This document shows positions 1-9,204 of a DNA stretch of 64,000 nucleotides, piece after piece. The stretch comes from Candidatus Saccharimonadota bacterium (GTDB lineage: Bacteria > Patescibacteriota > Saccharimonadia > Saccharimonadales > SLHW01): the NCBI GenBank assembly GCA_024635455.1, contig JAGXIU010000003.1:133772-197771 (forward strand). The letters run 5' to 3'. Position 1 is the first letter of the stretch. Every line of letters begins with the position of its first letter. The notes beneath the pieces are model-generated. The model was not told the DNA's origin and searched no databases. It worked only from the letters and a program-made list of their open reading frames with translations. The position numbers and the translations under genes were made by a program.

Positions 1-5
1 AGATT

Positions 6-158
6 ATGAATAAAGAAAAGATGTTTATCATTGCGTTTGTGCTGTTATTTATTGGCTCAATTGTGGGTCTATATATCCTCAATGCTGGCAGCGGTGCCCA
101 AACCTCACGCACCGAGGAGTCTTCGCAACAAACGGACGTGGTTCCCCTGCGGGGTTAA
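6..158 (+). CDS. small membrane protein, 50 aa (not in ORF track; may extend upstream of window)
   Basis: Manually translated MNKEKMFIIAFVLLFIGSIVGLYILNAGSGAQTSRTEESSQQTDVVPLRG*; N-terminal hydrophobic helix. Confidence 0.55.
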   Translation: MNKEKMFIIAFVLLFIGSIVGLYILNAGSGAQTSRTEESSQQTDVVPLRG

Positions 159-196
159 ATTAGGTCACATACTAGTATTAGCTAAGGTGGTTTGGA

Positions 197-574
197 TTAA
201 GACGGTGTCGGTAATGCGTCGATAATATCAATAGCCTTGAAGATGTCTTTGTTCGGTACCGAAACGTCACAATGATCAGAATCCATCATTTCAGCCGAAA
301 ATCCGAGAATTGTCCCGCCAAGCTCAAGCGCCGATATGTAGTCGTGTATGATAAGTGCGTCTTCACCAGCACCGGATAATGTACTTAGTCGGCCATCAAT
401 CATGTAAACGTCTATATCAAGCTCTCCTGCGCTGACTTGTTCGACTATCTCCAAGGCCTCGCGCTGTGAACTGGCCTCCACGACAAGTTCATGCGAACTG
501 CAACTAATAGCTAACCGAGCGAGTAGCTTGACATCGTTATCGTCTTCAAATAGTGCAATTTTTGCGCGTTCCAT
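197..574 (-). CDS. stand-alone response-regulator receiver (CheY-like) protein, copy 1
   Basis: KIALFEDD acidic pocket, VYMIDG phospho-Asp, GFS, NK; no output domain. Confidence 0.8.
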   Translation of the reverse strand: MERAKIALFEDDNDVKLLARLAISCSSHELVVEASSQREALEIVEQVSAGELDIDVYMIDGRLSTLSGAGEDALIIHDYISALELGGTILGFSAEMMDSDHCDVSVPNKDIFKAIDIIDALPTPS

Positions 575-616
575 AAATCTTGATCCTTAACACTCGTTCA
601 CGGGTATTAGGTACAT

Positions 617-645
617 ACTATACTAGAAAAAACATAATATGTCAA
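617..645 (-). promoter_or_regulatory. sigma70-type promoter for receiver copy 1
   Basis: Minus strand TTGACA-17 nt-TATAGT. Confidence 0.65.
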
Positions 646-692
646 TGCAACGCAATATATATCACAGCATGTAGCAATCTATAGGAGTACAT

Positions 693-1118
693 ATGAGCGA
701 GGATTCTAACAAGACAATCCCTTCACAGAAAGAAGTCGACTCATGTATCGATAGTATTGGCGACGAGCAAAAACGTACCGACTCTCATGCCTAGAAGGAA
801 ATGATAAAGTCCGTCACAAAACAACAACCAGTCATGTGGTGTGGGAGTATGGTCGGTTTTGGTCGCTATCACTATACCTACGCCAGTGGTAGAAAGGGAT
901 CTTATTTCCGTGTCGGCTTCTCACCGCGTAAGGCTAACCTAACCGGGTATCTCATGGATGGAGTAGACAGATACCGCAAGGAGCTGGAACAGCTCGGTCC
1001 ACACAAAACTGCTATATCATGTCTCTATATTAAGCGTCTATCGGACATTGATATGAAAGTTCTCGAATCAATAATTCGCCAATCATTCACAAATGCAGCC
1101 ATGGGTGAGCAGGTTTAA
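693..1118 (+). pseudogene. DUF1801 (YdhG-like) protein interrupted by in-frame TAG at 792-794
   Basis: ATG 693 after AGGAG; MSEDSNKTIPSQKEV...RTDSHA*KEMIKS continues in frame into ORF 801-1118 and aligns end to end with 1612-2037. Confidence 0.8.
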
Positions 1119-1138
1119 CGCTCAGGTGCTTTGTAGTT

Positions 1139-1510
1139 CTATTCTGGCAGTTGTTTGATTATATCTAACGCCTGAATAACGTCTTTGTTTTTTACGTAAG
1201 TATCATAAACATCTTCTGGCAACTCTGACATTGAAAAGCCAATAACATGAGCAGATAGCTGCTTATCTCGCATGTAGCGGCTGATAATACCGGCATCTTC
1301 GCCCAAGGCTGCCTCTTTACGGATTTTTCCGTCCAGAAAAACGACATCGACTGCTAGATCACCTGTTGCAACACTGTCGACCACTTCGAACGCTTGATCA
1401 AGCGTAGCAGCTTCGGCCACCACTGTGTGGTCCTCTCGCTCTAGGATTGTCTTCGCGATTGTTCGTATGCGCTCGTCGTCTTCAATAATAGCGATTTTTG
1501 CTCGTTCCAT
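1139..1510 (-). CDS. stand-alone response-regulator receiver protein, copy 2
   Basis: MERAKIAIIEDD, VVFLDG, GFS, NKD; clear paralog of 197-574. Confidence 0.8.
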   Translation of the reverse strand: MERAKIAIIEDDERIRTIAKTILEREDHTVVAEAATLDQAFEVVDSVATGDLAVDVVFLDGKIRKEAALGEDAGIISRYMRDKQLSAHVIGFSMSELPEDVYDTYVKNKDVIQALDIIKQLPE

Positions 1511-1611
1511 ACAGTTATTTTAGCAAAATCATCTATTTATGTAAACTAACCACCACTTTGTCAAATGTCTCAAAATACATAAGCTTGGGCACATGCTGAT
1601 AAAATATATAT

Positions 1612-2037
1612 ATGAAGAACAATGAACCAAAAACGGTATTGAATGATAAAAGTGTCGAGAGCTTTCTGTCGTCAGTAACTGATGAGCAGCAGCGTGAAGA
1701 TGCTCGTGCAATAAACACGTTAATGACAGAAATAACTGGCGAAAAGCCCAATATGTGGGGCGATAGTATCATCGGCTACGGCACATACCACTATCTATAC
1801 GCTTCAGGTCGCGAGGGAGATTGGATGAAGATCGGATTCTCACCACGCAAAGGTAAAATCAGTTTGTACTTAATGGATGGTATAGTTCAACACACAGCGG
1901 AACTGGAGAAGCTAGGGCCGTACAAAGCAGCGAAAGCCTGCCTCTATATTAAGCGGCTCGCTGATGTCGATATAGAGGTACTACGACGCATTATTAAAAA
2001 ATCGTACGACCACCAAGCTATGGGTCAGCAAGAATAA
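1612..2037 (+). CDS. DUF1801 (YdhG-like) protein
   Basis: MWGDSIIGYGTYHY..SGREGDW..GFSPRK..LG..K..KACLYIKRL motifs. Confidence 0.85.
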   Translation: MKNNEPKTVLNDKSVESFLSSVTDEQQREDARAINTLMTEITGEKPNMWGDSIIGYGTYHYLYASGREGDWMKIGFSPRKGKISLYLMDGIVQHTAELEKLGPYKAAKACLYIKRLADVDIEVLRRIIKKSYDHQAMGQQE

Positions 2038-2095
2038 GGCTCGCCTCCCCTGTTATAATCTGGTACAATCGTTGCGTGGCTTTTCAGCTACCTAA

Positions 2096-2170
2096 TGGGG
2101 CGTGGCCAAGTGGTAAGGCACCAGTTTTTGGTACTGGCATTCGCAGGTTCGAATCCTGCCGCCCCAGCCA
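2096..2170 (+). tRNA. tRNA-Gln(TTG) with encoded CCA
   Basis: TGGGGCG/CGCCCCA acceptor stem, D loop TGGTAA, anticodon arm CCAGT-TTTTGGT-ACTGG, T arm GCAGG-TTCGAAT-CCTGC, 3' GCCA. Confidence 0.96.
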
Positions 2171-2340
2171 TGAAATGACACCACCATGTGTGGTGTTTTT
2201 TCATGGCTCGAGTGATTCGAACCTGCGAGTGGATTGCTTTAGCAAAACACATATCGCAGGTTCGGGCATCAAGCTCGCGCGCAAGAGTTCACTCTGAGCA
2301 CGAGTGTGGTATGCACGATGTCATCCTGCCGCCCCAGCCA
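2167..2340 (+). repeat. tRNA-linked repeat unit 1
   Basis: Hairpin 2167-2207; reverse complement of tRNA 2141-2155 at 2214-2228; TCGCAGGTTCG at 2254-2264; exact 18-bp tRNA 3' end at 2323-2340. Confidence 0.9.
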
Positions 2341-2353
2341 AGATAGTTGATTT

Positions 2354-2388
2354 AAAGTCCAGTAAGCATTCACGCTTCTGGACTTTTT
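2354..2388. terminator. likely bidirectional intrinsic terminator
   Basis: AAAGTCCAG...CTGGACTTTTT between tRNA unit and convergent gene. Confidence 0.65.
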
Positions 2389-2419
2389 AGCGTCGCACTA
2401 TAGGTATTCATGACCAAAC

Positions 2420-3106
2420 TTAAGAGGAGACTACGAAGTTGCCTTCCATACCTAGTGCACGGTGATTCCCGACACTGCAGTAAAACATATAAGTCTTTCC
2501 AGCTGCACTTTGGGGCACAGTAAAGGTTATTGAGTCAGACTGACCGCCGTTAATAATTGTAGTTCTTGCACCACTAATTTCGTCTACAGTCCAATCGTGT
2601 TTGCCGCCACTATTAGTTAGGTTTATCGTAACGACGTCTCCTGGGCTAACATTCAACGTGCTCAATGAATAGCCGAAGCTAAATGAGTCTATAGTGAATG
2701 ATTTCGTTTGAGTTGCTGGCGTCTCGCCTCCACCTGACGACCCACCACCTGAGCCTCCAGAAGAATTCCCGCCACTTGATCCGTCTGAGGAGCCTCCGTC
2801 GCTAACAGTACTTGGAGCTGTGGTTGTTGTGTTTGAGCTTGAGTCTTCTGATGATTCACTGTTGGTAGGATTTGAGATAGACATTTCGTCGCTTGCTGAT
2901 TCTTTATTATCGGTCAAAGAGTTATCGCTTTTTGTGCCATCACCCGCAGATTCTATTAATTCGGTATTACTGACATCACTATCTTTATTATCTTGAGCTC
3001 CGAATATTCTGTACCCAGTAAAGCTAACAGCTGCGATCAGTACTACGGCTACAACAATTACGATGTGAGCAAATCCATTCTGATTGTATGTTTTTATCAT
3101 TGGCAT
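2420..3106 (-). CDS. cupredoxin (type-1 blue copper) protein with pilin-like N-terminal anchor and Ser/Gly linker
   Basis: QNGF + hydrophobic helix; KHDW and FYCSVGNHRALGM (C-x4-H-x4-M) ligands. Confidence 0.85.
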   Translation of the reverse strand: MPMIKTYNQNGFAHIVIVVAVVLIAAVSFTGYRIFGAQDNKDSDVSNTELIESAGDGTKSDNSLTDNKESASDEMSISNPTNSESSEDSSSNTTTTAPSTVSDGGSSDGSSGGNSSGGSGGGSSGGGETPATQTKSFTIDSFSFGYSLSTLNVSPGDVVTINLTNSGGKHDWTVDEISGARTTIINGGQSDSITFTVPQSAAGKTYMFYCSVGNHRALGMEGNFVVSS

Positions 3107-3192
3107 ATCTCTTTACTTCTTGCAAATTGCTGAGTACTGTAACTATTGTACCGTTTATGGTTAAATACTACTACTTAAGAAGGTAACAAACT

Positions 3193-4059
3193 ATGATAAA
3201 AACATTACAAAAGCATAAAATCTTACTCCTAGGGACTGCATTAATTGCTGCAGTAGCATTCTCTATGGTTAGCACACCACTGGTCGGCGCTGATCATGCC
3301 TGGGGCAAGTACCACTGGGACCTCTCACAAGTTGACACTGAAGCTAGTCCTCTCAAACTCGGGAACAATCTAACGACACCGGAATGGGAGAGCAGTCTCA
3401 AAGGAGCATCAACCGACTGGAATGGATCAGTATTAAAGAATAAGGTTGTTGCCGGTGACTCTGATGCAGCATGTAGCCCAACTGCAGGGCGAGTCGAAGT
3501 ATGTAACAGTGAGTATGGACTCAACGGATGGCTCGGTATAGCTCAGATATGGGCAACAAGGGGTCGTAGCAGTCACATCACACAAGGTACTGTTCTTCTG
3601 AATGACACCTACTTCGAAATGCCTGAGTACAATACTTCTGCTTGGAGAAATTTAGTTACTTGCCAGGAAGTGGGTCATACTTTCGGTCTCGGGCACCAGG
3701 ATGAAGACTTTAATAACACAAATCTAGGCACCTGCATGGACTATACCAACGACCCAGACGGTTCGACTCCTGGACAACTAAACAATGAGCAGCCTAATGA
3801 ACATGACTTCGCAATGCTGGAAAGTATCTATGGACACCTCAATTCAACAGATTCGGACAATGGCGGAAGCAATGGAGGCGGTAATGGTAACGGTAACGGC
3901 CGAGGTAAGCCAGCTGAGGCAGGTGCCAATATCGACTTAGATGATCCATCATCATGGGGTCAAGCGGTAAAGAAAGATGCGCTTGGGAACAACTCAGTTT
4001 ACGAGAAGGTACTGAATAACGGCACAGTTATTGTAACCCATGTTACTTGGTTGAATTAA
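3193..4059 (+). CDS. secreted metzincin/matrixin-like protein
   Basis: Signal peptide; QEVGHTFGLGH zinc motif variant; Met-turn TCMDY. Confidence 0.7.
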   Translation: MIKTLQKHKILLLGTALIAAVAFSMVSTPLVGADHAWGKYHWDLSQVDTEASPLKLGNNLTTPEWESSLKGASTDWNGSVLKNKVVAGDSDAACSPTAGRVEVCNSEYGLNGWLGIAQIWATRGRSSHITQGTVLLNDTYFEMPEYNTSAWRNLVTCQEVGHTFGLGHQDEDFNNTNLGTCMDYTNDPDGSTPGQLNNEQPNEHDFAMLESIYGHLNSTDSDNGGSNGGGNGNGNGRGKPAEAGANIDLDDPSSWGQAVKKDALGNNSVYEKVLNNGTVIVTHVTWLN

Positions 4060-4153
4060 GCGACTCTACAATATTTGCTATAGCTTTTTTTAAACTGTCT
4101 CAAACGCCTTATTTTAGTCGCTCACTACTGTCAAGGGTGTTTTAGACCTATAT

Positions 4154-4240
4154 GCCCTGCCAAAGAAAGTCCCGGCATCAAAGCCGGGTTTTTCTTTGGC
4201 TCGAGTGCAGCATGCACTATGTCATCCCTCCGCCCAGCCA
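4154..4240 (+). repeat. tRNA-linked repeat unit 2 (degenerate, internally deleted)
   Basis: GCCCTGCCA, hairpin 4159-4200, TGGCTCGAGTG, ATGCACTATGTCATCC..CGCCCAGCCA match unit 1. Confidence 0.8.
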
Positions 4241-4300
4241 GATTTTTAGCACATGCAGCTCGTTAGGTTAGTGCCCTCACCTTCCCTGCCCATAAACCAG

Positions 4301-4329
4301 TTGACAAACAGTAGATAAACACACATAAT
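4301..4329 (+). promoter_or_regulatory. sigma70-type promoter
   Basis: TTGACA-17 nt-CATAAT upstream of 4357. Confidence 0.6.
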
Positions 4330-4356
4330 ATGCAACTTATCAAATGGAACTTTTGA

Positions 4357-4878
4357 ATGATTGAAAAAGAAACCTTCTCAACACCCGAATCTCATGAACA
4401 GCTGGACGATGCTTCAGTTAGGCTTATTGAACTAGTGCAAAACACGCTAAGCTCGTATGAGCCGGATATTAATCCTGCCGGATTGTCATCAGGTGGTTTA
4501 TCGCTAGAGATTGATCAGGCGACATCTTCAGAAATCTCCGGTACGTCACCGATTAGCCCTGAGACGGTATCTGTATATCTCGGCTATGAAGAATTTGAAC
4601 CAAGATGCTACTACTACAGGATCGAGTTTAGGCAAAAAGGCGGTTATCTTGATGGGTTGAGCGACGCTGCAGCCGGTACGCCTTTTGATGTCACCGTTTG
4701 GTACTTAGCTGATGCAGAAATTCAAAAAGTTTCAGCTCAGTTGGCCAAGCCCGGCTACAAAGACGCATATGAGCACGAAGAACTCGAAGGCGAGCGAGGC
4801 GCAACTGTTATCCATAAGTTCTGTGATACCGCAGAGTTAATTATCGGCCAAAGCGAAAAGCCACTACAGCCATTTTAA
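4357..4878 (+). CDS. hypothetical acidic protein
   Basis: 173-aa ORF with promoter; no recognisable motif. Confidence 0.65.
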   Translation: MIEKETFSTPESHEQLDDASVRLIELVQNTLSSYEPDINPAGLSSGGLSLEIDQATSSEISGTSPISPETVSVYLGYEEFEPRCYYYRIEFRQKGGYLDGLSDAAAGTPFDVTVWYLADAEIQKVSAQLAKPGYKDAYEHEELEGERGATVIHKFCDTAELIIGQSEKPLQPF

Positions 4879-5188
4879 ATAGGATGCATTTCACTGACTT
4901 ACGGAGTCTGCTCGGCTTGGCTGCAACCAAGCCCTCTCATCTGTACTGATGCTGGTTATTAGGCTAATCGGTTTTTCGAGGCCATGGTTCGATTCATCTT
5001 CAACGATTTTGTCGTACTCTAGCGCATTTTTAACTACAGAAACCTTATCTTCTGTACCCAGTAGCAACAAAGGTGTCCTGGTTTTAAATTGAGTTTTTCA
5101 GTCAAGCTCTATCAGGTAGACCCGGCATTTGGCTAAGAGGCGGACTCCGCAATCGGTGTATATAGCCGGCACGTAGTTCTAGCTCTAT

Positions 5189-5920
5189 TTAGGAAGCGTC
5201 TCTATAGTGAAACCTGTACCACACAATTGCCCATCCAATTACCAGGTATACAGATATTGTCGCTATGCTCTGTACGACATCCGTCTCCATACCCGGTAAT
5301 ACTAATGATTGGATTGATGTGAACGGCAGGTATTTCTGCTTATCATCAAGGAGCAAGCCAAGCAGAGGCTCGATGGTCCCGGGTGCAAGTATGAGTATGA
5401 CGATTGGGGCCACGATGGTACGAAACAAAAACCCGAGCAAAAGCCCAATAAGCGTAAAGCTTGTTACATAGATAAAGCTGTGAAATATTAGCTTACTGAC
5501 ATCTATAATCTGGGCTGGAGCGGACTCTTCAACGAAGTTGAACGCAATGATTGAGCTGAGGTAGCCGATAGCTGCCGCCAGGATTGTGATGGCTAGAGCA
5601 TAGCAAACGGTCGTTATAATTTTTGCGATAAGTATAACGGAGCGAGAACGGTTAACCGTAAGAGTGTGGTGAATGAGATTGTAGCGATATTCATGGCCTA
5701 TCAGTATCACAGCAAATACTGCTGCAAGCTGAGCAGCTATCGATACGCCACCGAATAGCGAGTTTTCGATTGTTGTTGGTAGTATCTCCCCTCCGGTTAG
5801 GTCTTGCTGCAGCAGGCTTGCGACTGAAACAGTGATGACAAGCGCAATGACGATGAGTGTCATTACATAGACTGAGCGAATCGTGAATAACTTTATAAAC
5901 TCTGACTTCAGCGTGTTCAT
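5189..5920 (-). CDS. ABC-2 type transporter permease
   Basis: KSEFIKL..IRS start, EYRY..I..TL motif, about 6 TM helices; overlaps ATPase stop. Confidence 0.85.
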   Translation of the reverse strand: MNTLKSEFIKLFTIRSVYVMTLIVIALVITVSVASLLQQDLTGGEILPTTIENSLFGGVSIAAQLAAVFAVILIGHEYRYNLIHHTLTVNRSRSVILIAKIITTVCYALAITILAAAIGYLSSIIAFNFVEESAPAQIIDVSKLIFHSFIYVTSFTLIGLLLGFLFRTIVAPIVILILAPGTIEPLLGLLLDDKQKYLPFTSIQSLVLPGMETDVVQSIATISVYLVIGWAIVWYRFHYRDAS

Positions 5921-6828
5921 TGAGACTCCTCTTTGCTGCCAGCTCGAAACTGTTGAGCGCCAGACGTCATATTCAAGAAGACATTTTCAAGCGACATTGT
6001 TCTTGGCGTCAACTCGTAAATGGTCAAACTGTGCTTGTGCGCAAGTTCGCCGATCTGCCTAGACGGTAATTCATGGATAATGTAGCCATCACCTTCCTCG
6101 ATAAACGATACACCAGACTTATTGAGTGCGGCTTCTAGCTTTTTTGGTTGTTTAACCCGGATAAATGTTTGAGATATTTGGTCGTCAATGAGAGACTTCA
6201 TTGTCGTTGCGGCAATAAGTTTTCCTCTACCGATTACGACTATGTTTTCAGCCATTTTTGATATTTCATCGAGCAAATGACTCGAAACAAGCACTGCCCT
6301 ATCTTCGGTTGCATAATTCTTCACAAAATTTCTGAGCCAGGCCATCCCTTCCGGGTCGAGGCCGTTGGCCGGTTCATCAAGCAATAAATACTTTGGTTTG
6401 GCTAATATTGCGGCAGCTAAGCCAAGTCGCTGGGACATACCGAGCGAAAAAGTTCTCGGTTGCTTGTTGGCGACTTCGCGAATGCCCACCAGATCGAGAG
6501 CCTCGTCAACGGCATTGCTTGAAAGGCCAGAGGCTGCAGCCAACACTCTGAGATGGCTGCGTGCAGTCCGTGTTGGATGGAACGCCTTCATATCAAGCAA
6601 TATCCCAACCACATCAGTTGGGTTTGGGTAGTCAGATAACAGTTTGTCGTCGAAGTAGGTGACTCCCCTTCCTTTATCGAGGCCCAGCATCAAGCGCATC
6701 GTGGTCGATTTTCCTGAGCCATTCGGTCCTAAAAAGCCAGTCACTTTATTCTCTTCAACCTCAAAGGATACGTCTTTGACGGCTATCGTACTCCCGAACT
6801 GCTTTGTTAGATTTTCTGTGCGTATCAC
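5917..6828 (-). CDS. ABC transporter ATP-binding protein (BcrA/CcmA-like)
   Basis: GPNGSGKST, FSLGMSQR, LLLDEPANGLDP, SSH. Confidence 0.95.
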   Translation of the reverse strand: MIRTENLTKQFGSTIAVKDVSFEVEENKVTGFLGPNGSGKSTTMRLMLGLDKGRGVTYFDDKLLSDYPNPTDVVGILLDMKAFHPTRTARSHLRVLAAASGLSSNAVDEALDLVGIREVANKQPRTFSLGMSQRLGLAAAILAKPKYLLLDEPANGLDPEGMAWLRNFVKNYATEDRAVLVSSHLLDEISKMAENIVVIGRGKLIAATTMKSLIDDQISQTFIRVKQPKKLEAALNKSGVSFIEEGDGYIIHELPSRQIGELAHKHSLTIYELTPRTMSLENVFLNMTSGAQQFRAGSKEESQ

Positions 6829-7040
6829 AATACTTCACTTCTTTTTATACACCACTAGTATAGGACAAAGCATGGCTTCGGTCACCTATTTTGCAACAGA
6901 AAAATTGCCTGATGCATAGTTTTCTCTGCCACTCAAACGAGCCACCACGGGCAATATCGTTAGTGTGATATAACACACACTCATCGGTGTAGTGTCGTAG
7001 TATATTAAACTTATGCTTTAAAAAACAAAAAGGAATAAAT

Positions 7041-7724
7041 ATGTCAGAGTATTTACGTGATGTTTCAGATTTTAGCCAAGCTCGCGAGACGCGCGATTCG
7101 CAGCCTGGAATAGACTTTTTTGATACGCATATACTCAAAGAAATAGTTGAGGCACGCCAGCAACTGCAGGCGCAAGAGGTTGCATCACGCGTGCACTTTT
7201 TTGACCCACAGCGATTCGAGGGCCCTCGGTATTTTGAGGATATAAGTGCAATCTCTGACTACATGGTCAGCTATAGCCAGTCGGCCTTGGTGTTCACGAG
7301 TCCGGCCGAATTCGCGTTTAATCCAAGAAATCGCCAAAGAACAATCGTCCGCTACAGTGAGCAAATCGATGATTATGTACCTAACGGCCAGCTATTAACT
7401 GAGGAGTCAAAGCCATTTAGTGGCGATACCGTAGCGCACTGTCGTGGCCTAGTGGTGCTATGCGACTCTACGCAAAGAATCGGCATTGAACTACACTCTT
7501 CAGACACCATACTATTCTACAATCAAGGTAGTAGCAGTCATCTAGATGATGAGCTTTCATCGGAGCGGCTAAAGTATGGCCTTCTTTCTGAAAAGTTGCG
7601 CAATAATACGACCAATTCCCTCTTTGTGACAAAGCGGGTCGCGCGGCATCTCATTGATCAAGTCGTCTCCCAAGAAGAAGCATCCAGCCGTCCTGTCCCT
7701 GAATATGTTGGCGACGCTACATAA
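7041..7724 (+). CDS. hypothetical protein whose last ~17 codons are shared with the DUF305 gene
   Basis: 227-aa ORF ending QEEASSRPVPEYVGDAT. Confidence 0.65.
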   Translation: MSEYLRDVSDFSQARETRDSQPGIDFFDTHILKEIVEARQQLQAQEVASRVHFFDPQRFEGPRYFEDISAISDYMVSYSQSALVFTSPAEFAFNPRNRQRTIVRYSEQIDDYVPNGQLLTEESKPFSGDTVAHCRGLVVLCDSTQRIGIELHSSDTILFYNQGSSSHLDDELSSERLKYGLLSEKLRNNTTNSLFVTKRVARHLIDQVVSQEEASSRPVPEYVGDAT

Positions 7725-7759
7725 AGTTGCGATTAGTATATAAAAACATCGGCAATCGT
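7671..7759 (+). repeat. 89-bp direct repeat, copy A
   Basis: Matches 10619-10707 with 5 mismatches by manual alignment. Confidence 0.95.
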
Positions 7760-7980
7760 CGCTGTTTGTATATTGTTGGTATGTAGTCGAACGAGGGTTC
7801 GTTGGAGCGAAGCCACGCGCAGGAATGTATTTTGAGCATGGCTGAGAGGAAGATGCTTGCCGATACCATGCATCCCCAGCCAATAAACTCCGAGGGAGTC
7901 CTTTGTTTTTTCAAACTAGGTATAGTTCTTTTTTATATCTGTAGTAAGCTATTTTGTAGATAGACATAAGTAAGATTGAT

Positions 7981-9204
7981 ATGACAAAGCTCAAGCGAAC
8001 GATTTCATGGAAAACGCTTGCCCTCTACGGGTTAGGGAATATTCTTGGTGCTGGCATTTATGTGCTGATTGGTGAGGTCGCACAAGAGTCCGGTGATGCA
8101 ATATTGTGGTCGTTCGTTGGGGCTGGCGTAGTAGCTAGTTTTACCGCTTTAACTTACGGTGCAATGGCCAGTGAATATCCAGTAAGTGCCGGTGCGGCAA
8201 TATATACCGATAGAGCCTTCAAAGCCAAAAAATGGAGTACCTTCATAGGACTGGCCGTGGCTTTGACTGCGATTGTTTCAGCCAGTGCACTTTTGAACGG
8301 CTTTGATAACTATTTTCAGTCTCTATTAGAAGCACTAGGAGTAAATTTTGCTGTTCCTTCCGCAGTAGTGATCCTTTCTTTACTTGGCTTATTAAGCCTT
8401 TTTGCATTAAAAGGTATCGGTGACTCTACCAAACTAGCTGCATTGCTGACAATAATAGAGTCAGGTGGCCTACTTTTGATAATCAGTTTCGCATTTTTAT
8501 ACGGAAACCCAGGAGGCGCTGTCATAACAACTTTTACTAGCATCGCTAGCGTTAGTCCGCTTGCAATAGTGTTGGGTGCTTTCGTAGCGTTTTATGCGTT
8601 CATTGGTTTTGAAGATATGGTCAATATTGCGGAAGAAGTCAAAGAGCCAAAAAAACAAATGAAAAAGGGGGTGCTCACGGCGCTGGCCATTGCAATCCTG
8701 CTATACGTTTTTACTGTCATAGCTGCACTCGCCGTACTTACAAGTAGTGAACTAGCTCAAAGTGAAGCTCCGCTGGCTTTAGTATGGCAAACAGTTACTA
8801 GCAGTAATTTTCCAGTCATCACTATTATAGGAATCATTGCCATTACTAACGGTGCTCTCATCGGAATAATAACTGCTTCTAGAATCATATATGGATTAGC
8901 CGGAGAGGGTTGGATAACTAAAAGTCTTGCCCAGGTGTCAACTAAAAGTAAAACACCTACGCGTGCAACCTACCTAGTTGTAGCAATAATTGCCATAGCT
9001 GCAGTATCGCTCCCCCTTGGTACGCTTGCCCAAATAACTAGCTTTATACTGCTTATCGTGTTTACGATTGTTCAAATTGCGGCATTAAAATTAAAGCGAC
9101 AAAACAAACTTGCAACGCTCAAATATTACATCCCAGTGGTCGGTTTCTTGACTAATATTGGAGTCATTACGATTCAAGTACTCAGTTGGATCGATGTTTT
9201 GTAA
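7981..9204 (+). CDS. APC-family amino acid permease
   Basis: GNILGAGIY, FYAFIGFE...AEE, SRIIYGLA motifs; about 12 TM. Confidence 0.92.
   Translation: MTKLKRTISWKTLALYGLGNILGAGIYVLIGEVAQESGDAILWSFVGAGVVASFTALTYGAMASEYPVSAGAAIYTDRAFKAKKWSTFIGLAVALTAIVSASALLNGFDNYFQSLLEALGVNFAVPSAVVILSLLGLLSLFALKGIGDSTKLAALLTIIESGGLLLIISFAFLYGNPGGAVITTFTSIASVSPLAIVLGAFVAFYAFIGFEDMVNIAEEVKEPKKQMKKGVLTALAIAILLYVFTVIAALAVLTSSELAQSEAPLALVWQTVTSSNFPVITIIGIIAITNGALIGIITASRIIYGLAGEGWITKSLAQVSTKSKTPTRATYLVVAIIAIAAVSLPLGTLAQITSFILLIVFTIVQIAALKLKRQNKLATLKYYIPVVGFLTNIGVITIQVLSWIDVL

Noticed and set aside
792-794. TAG as evidence of genetic-code reassignment
   Set aside because: TAG, TGA and TAA all terminate conserved genes normally in this window (e.g. 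rplL TAG, dinB TGA).
2076-2297. 73-aa ORF
   Set aside because: It overlaps the tRNA-Gln and its repeat.
4890-5150. Possible decayed minus-strand reading frame (also about 9270-9490 and 20210-20410)
   Set aside because: The frames look protein-like but contain stops and no recognisable family; they cannot be supported without a search.
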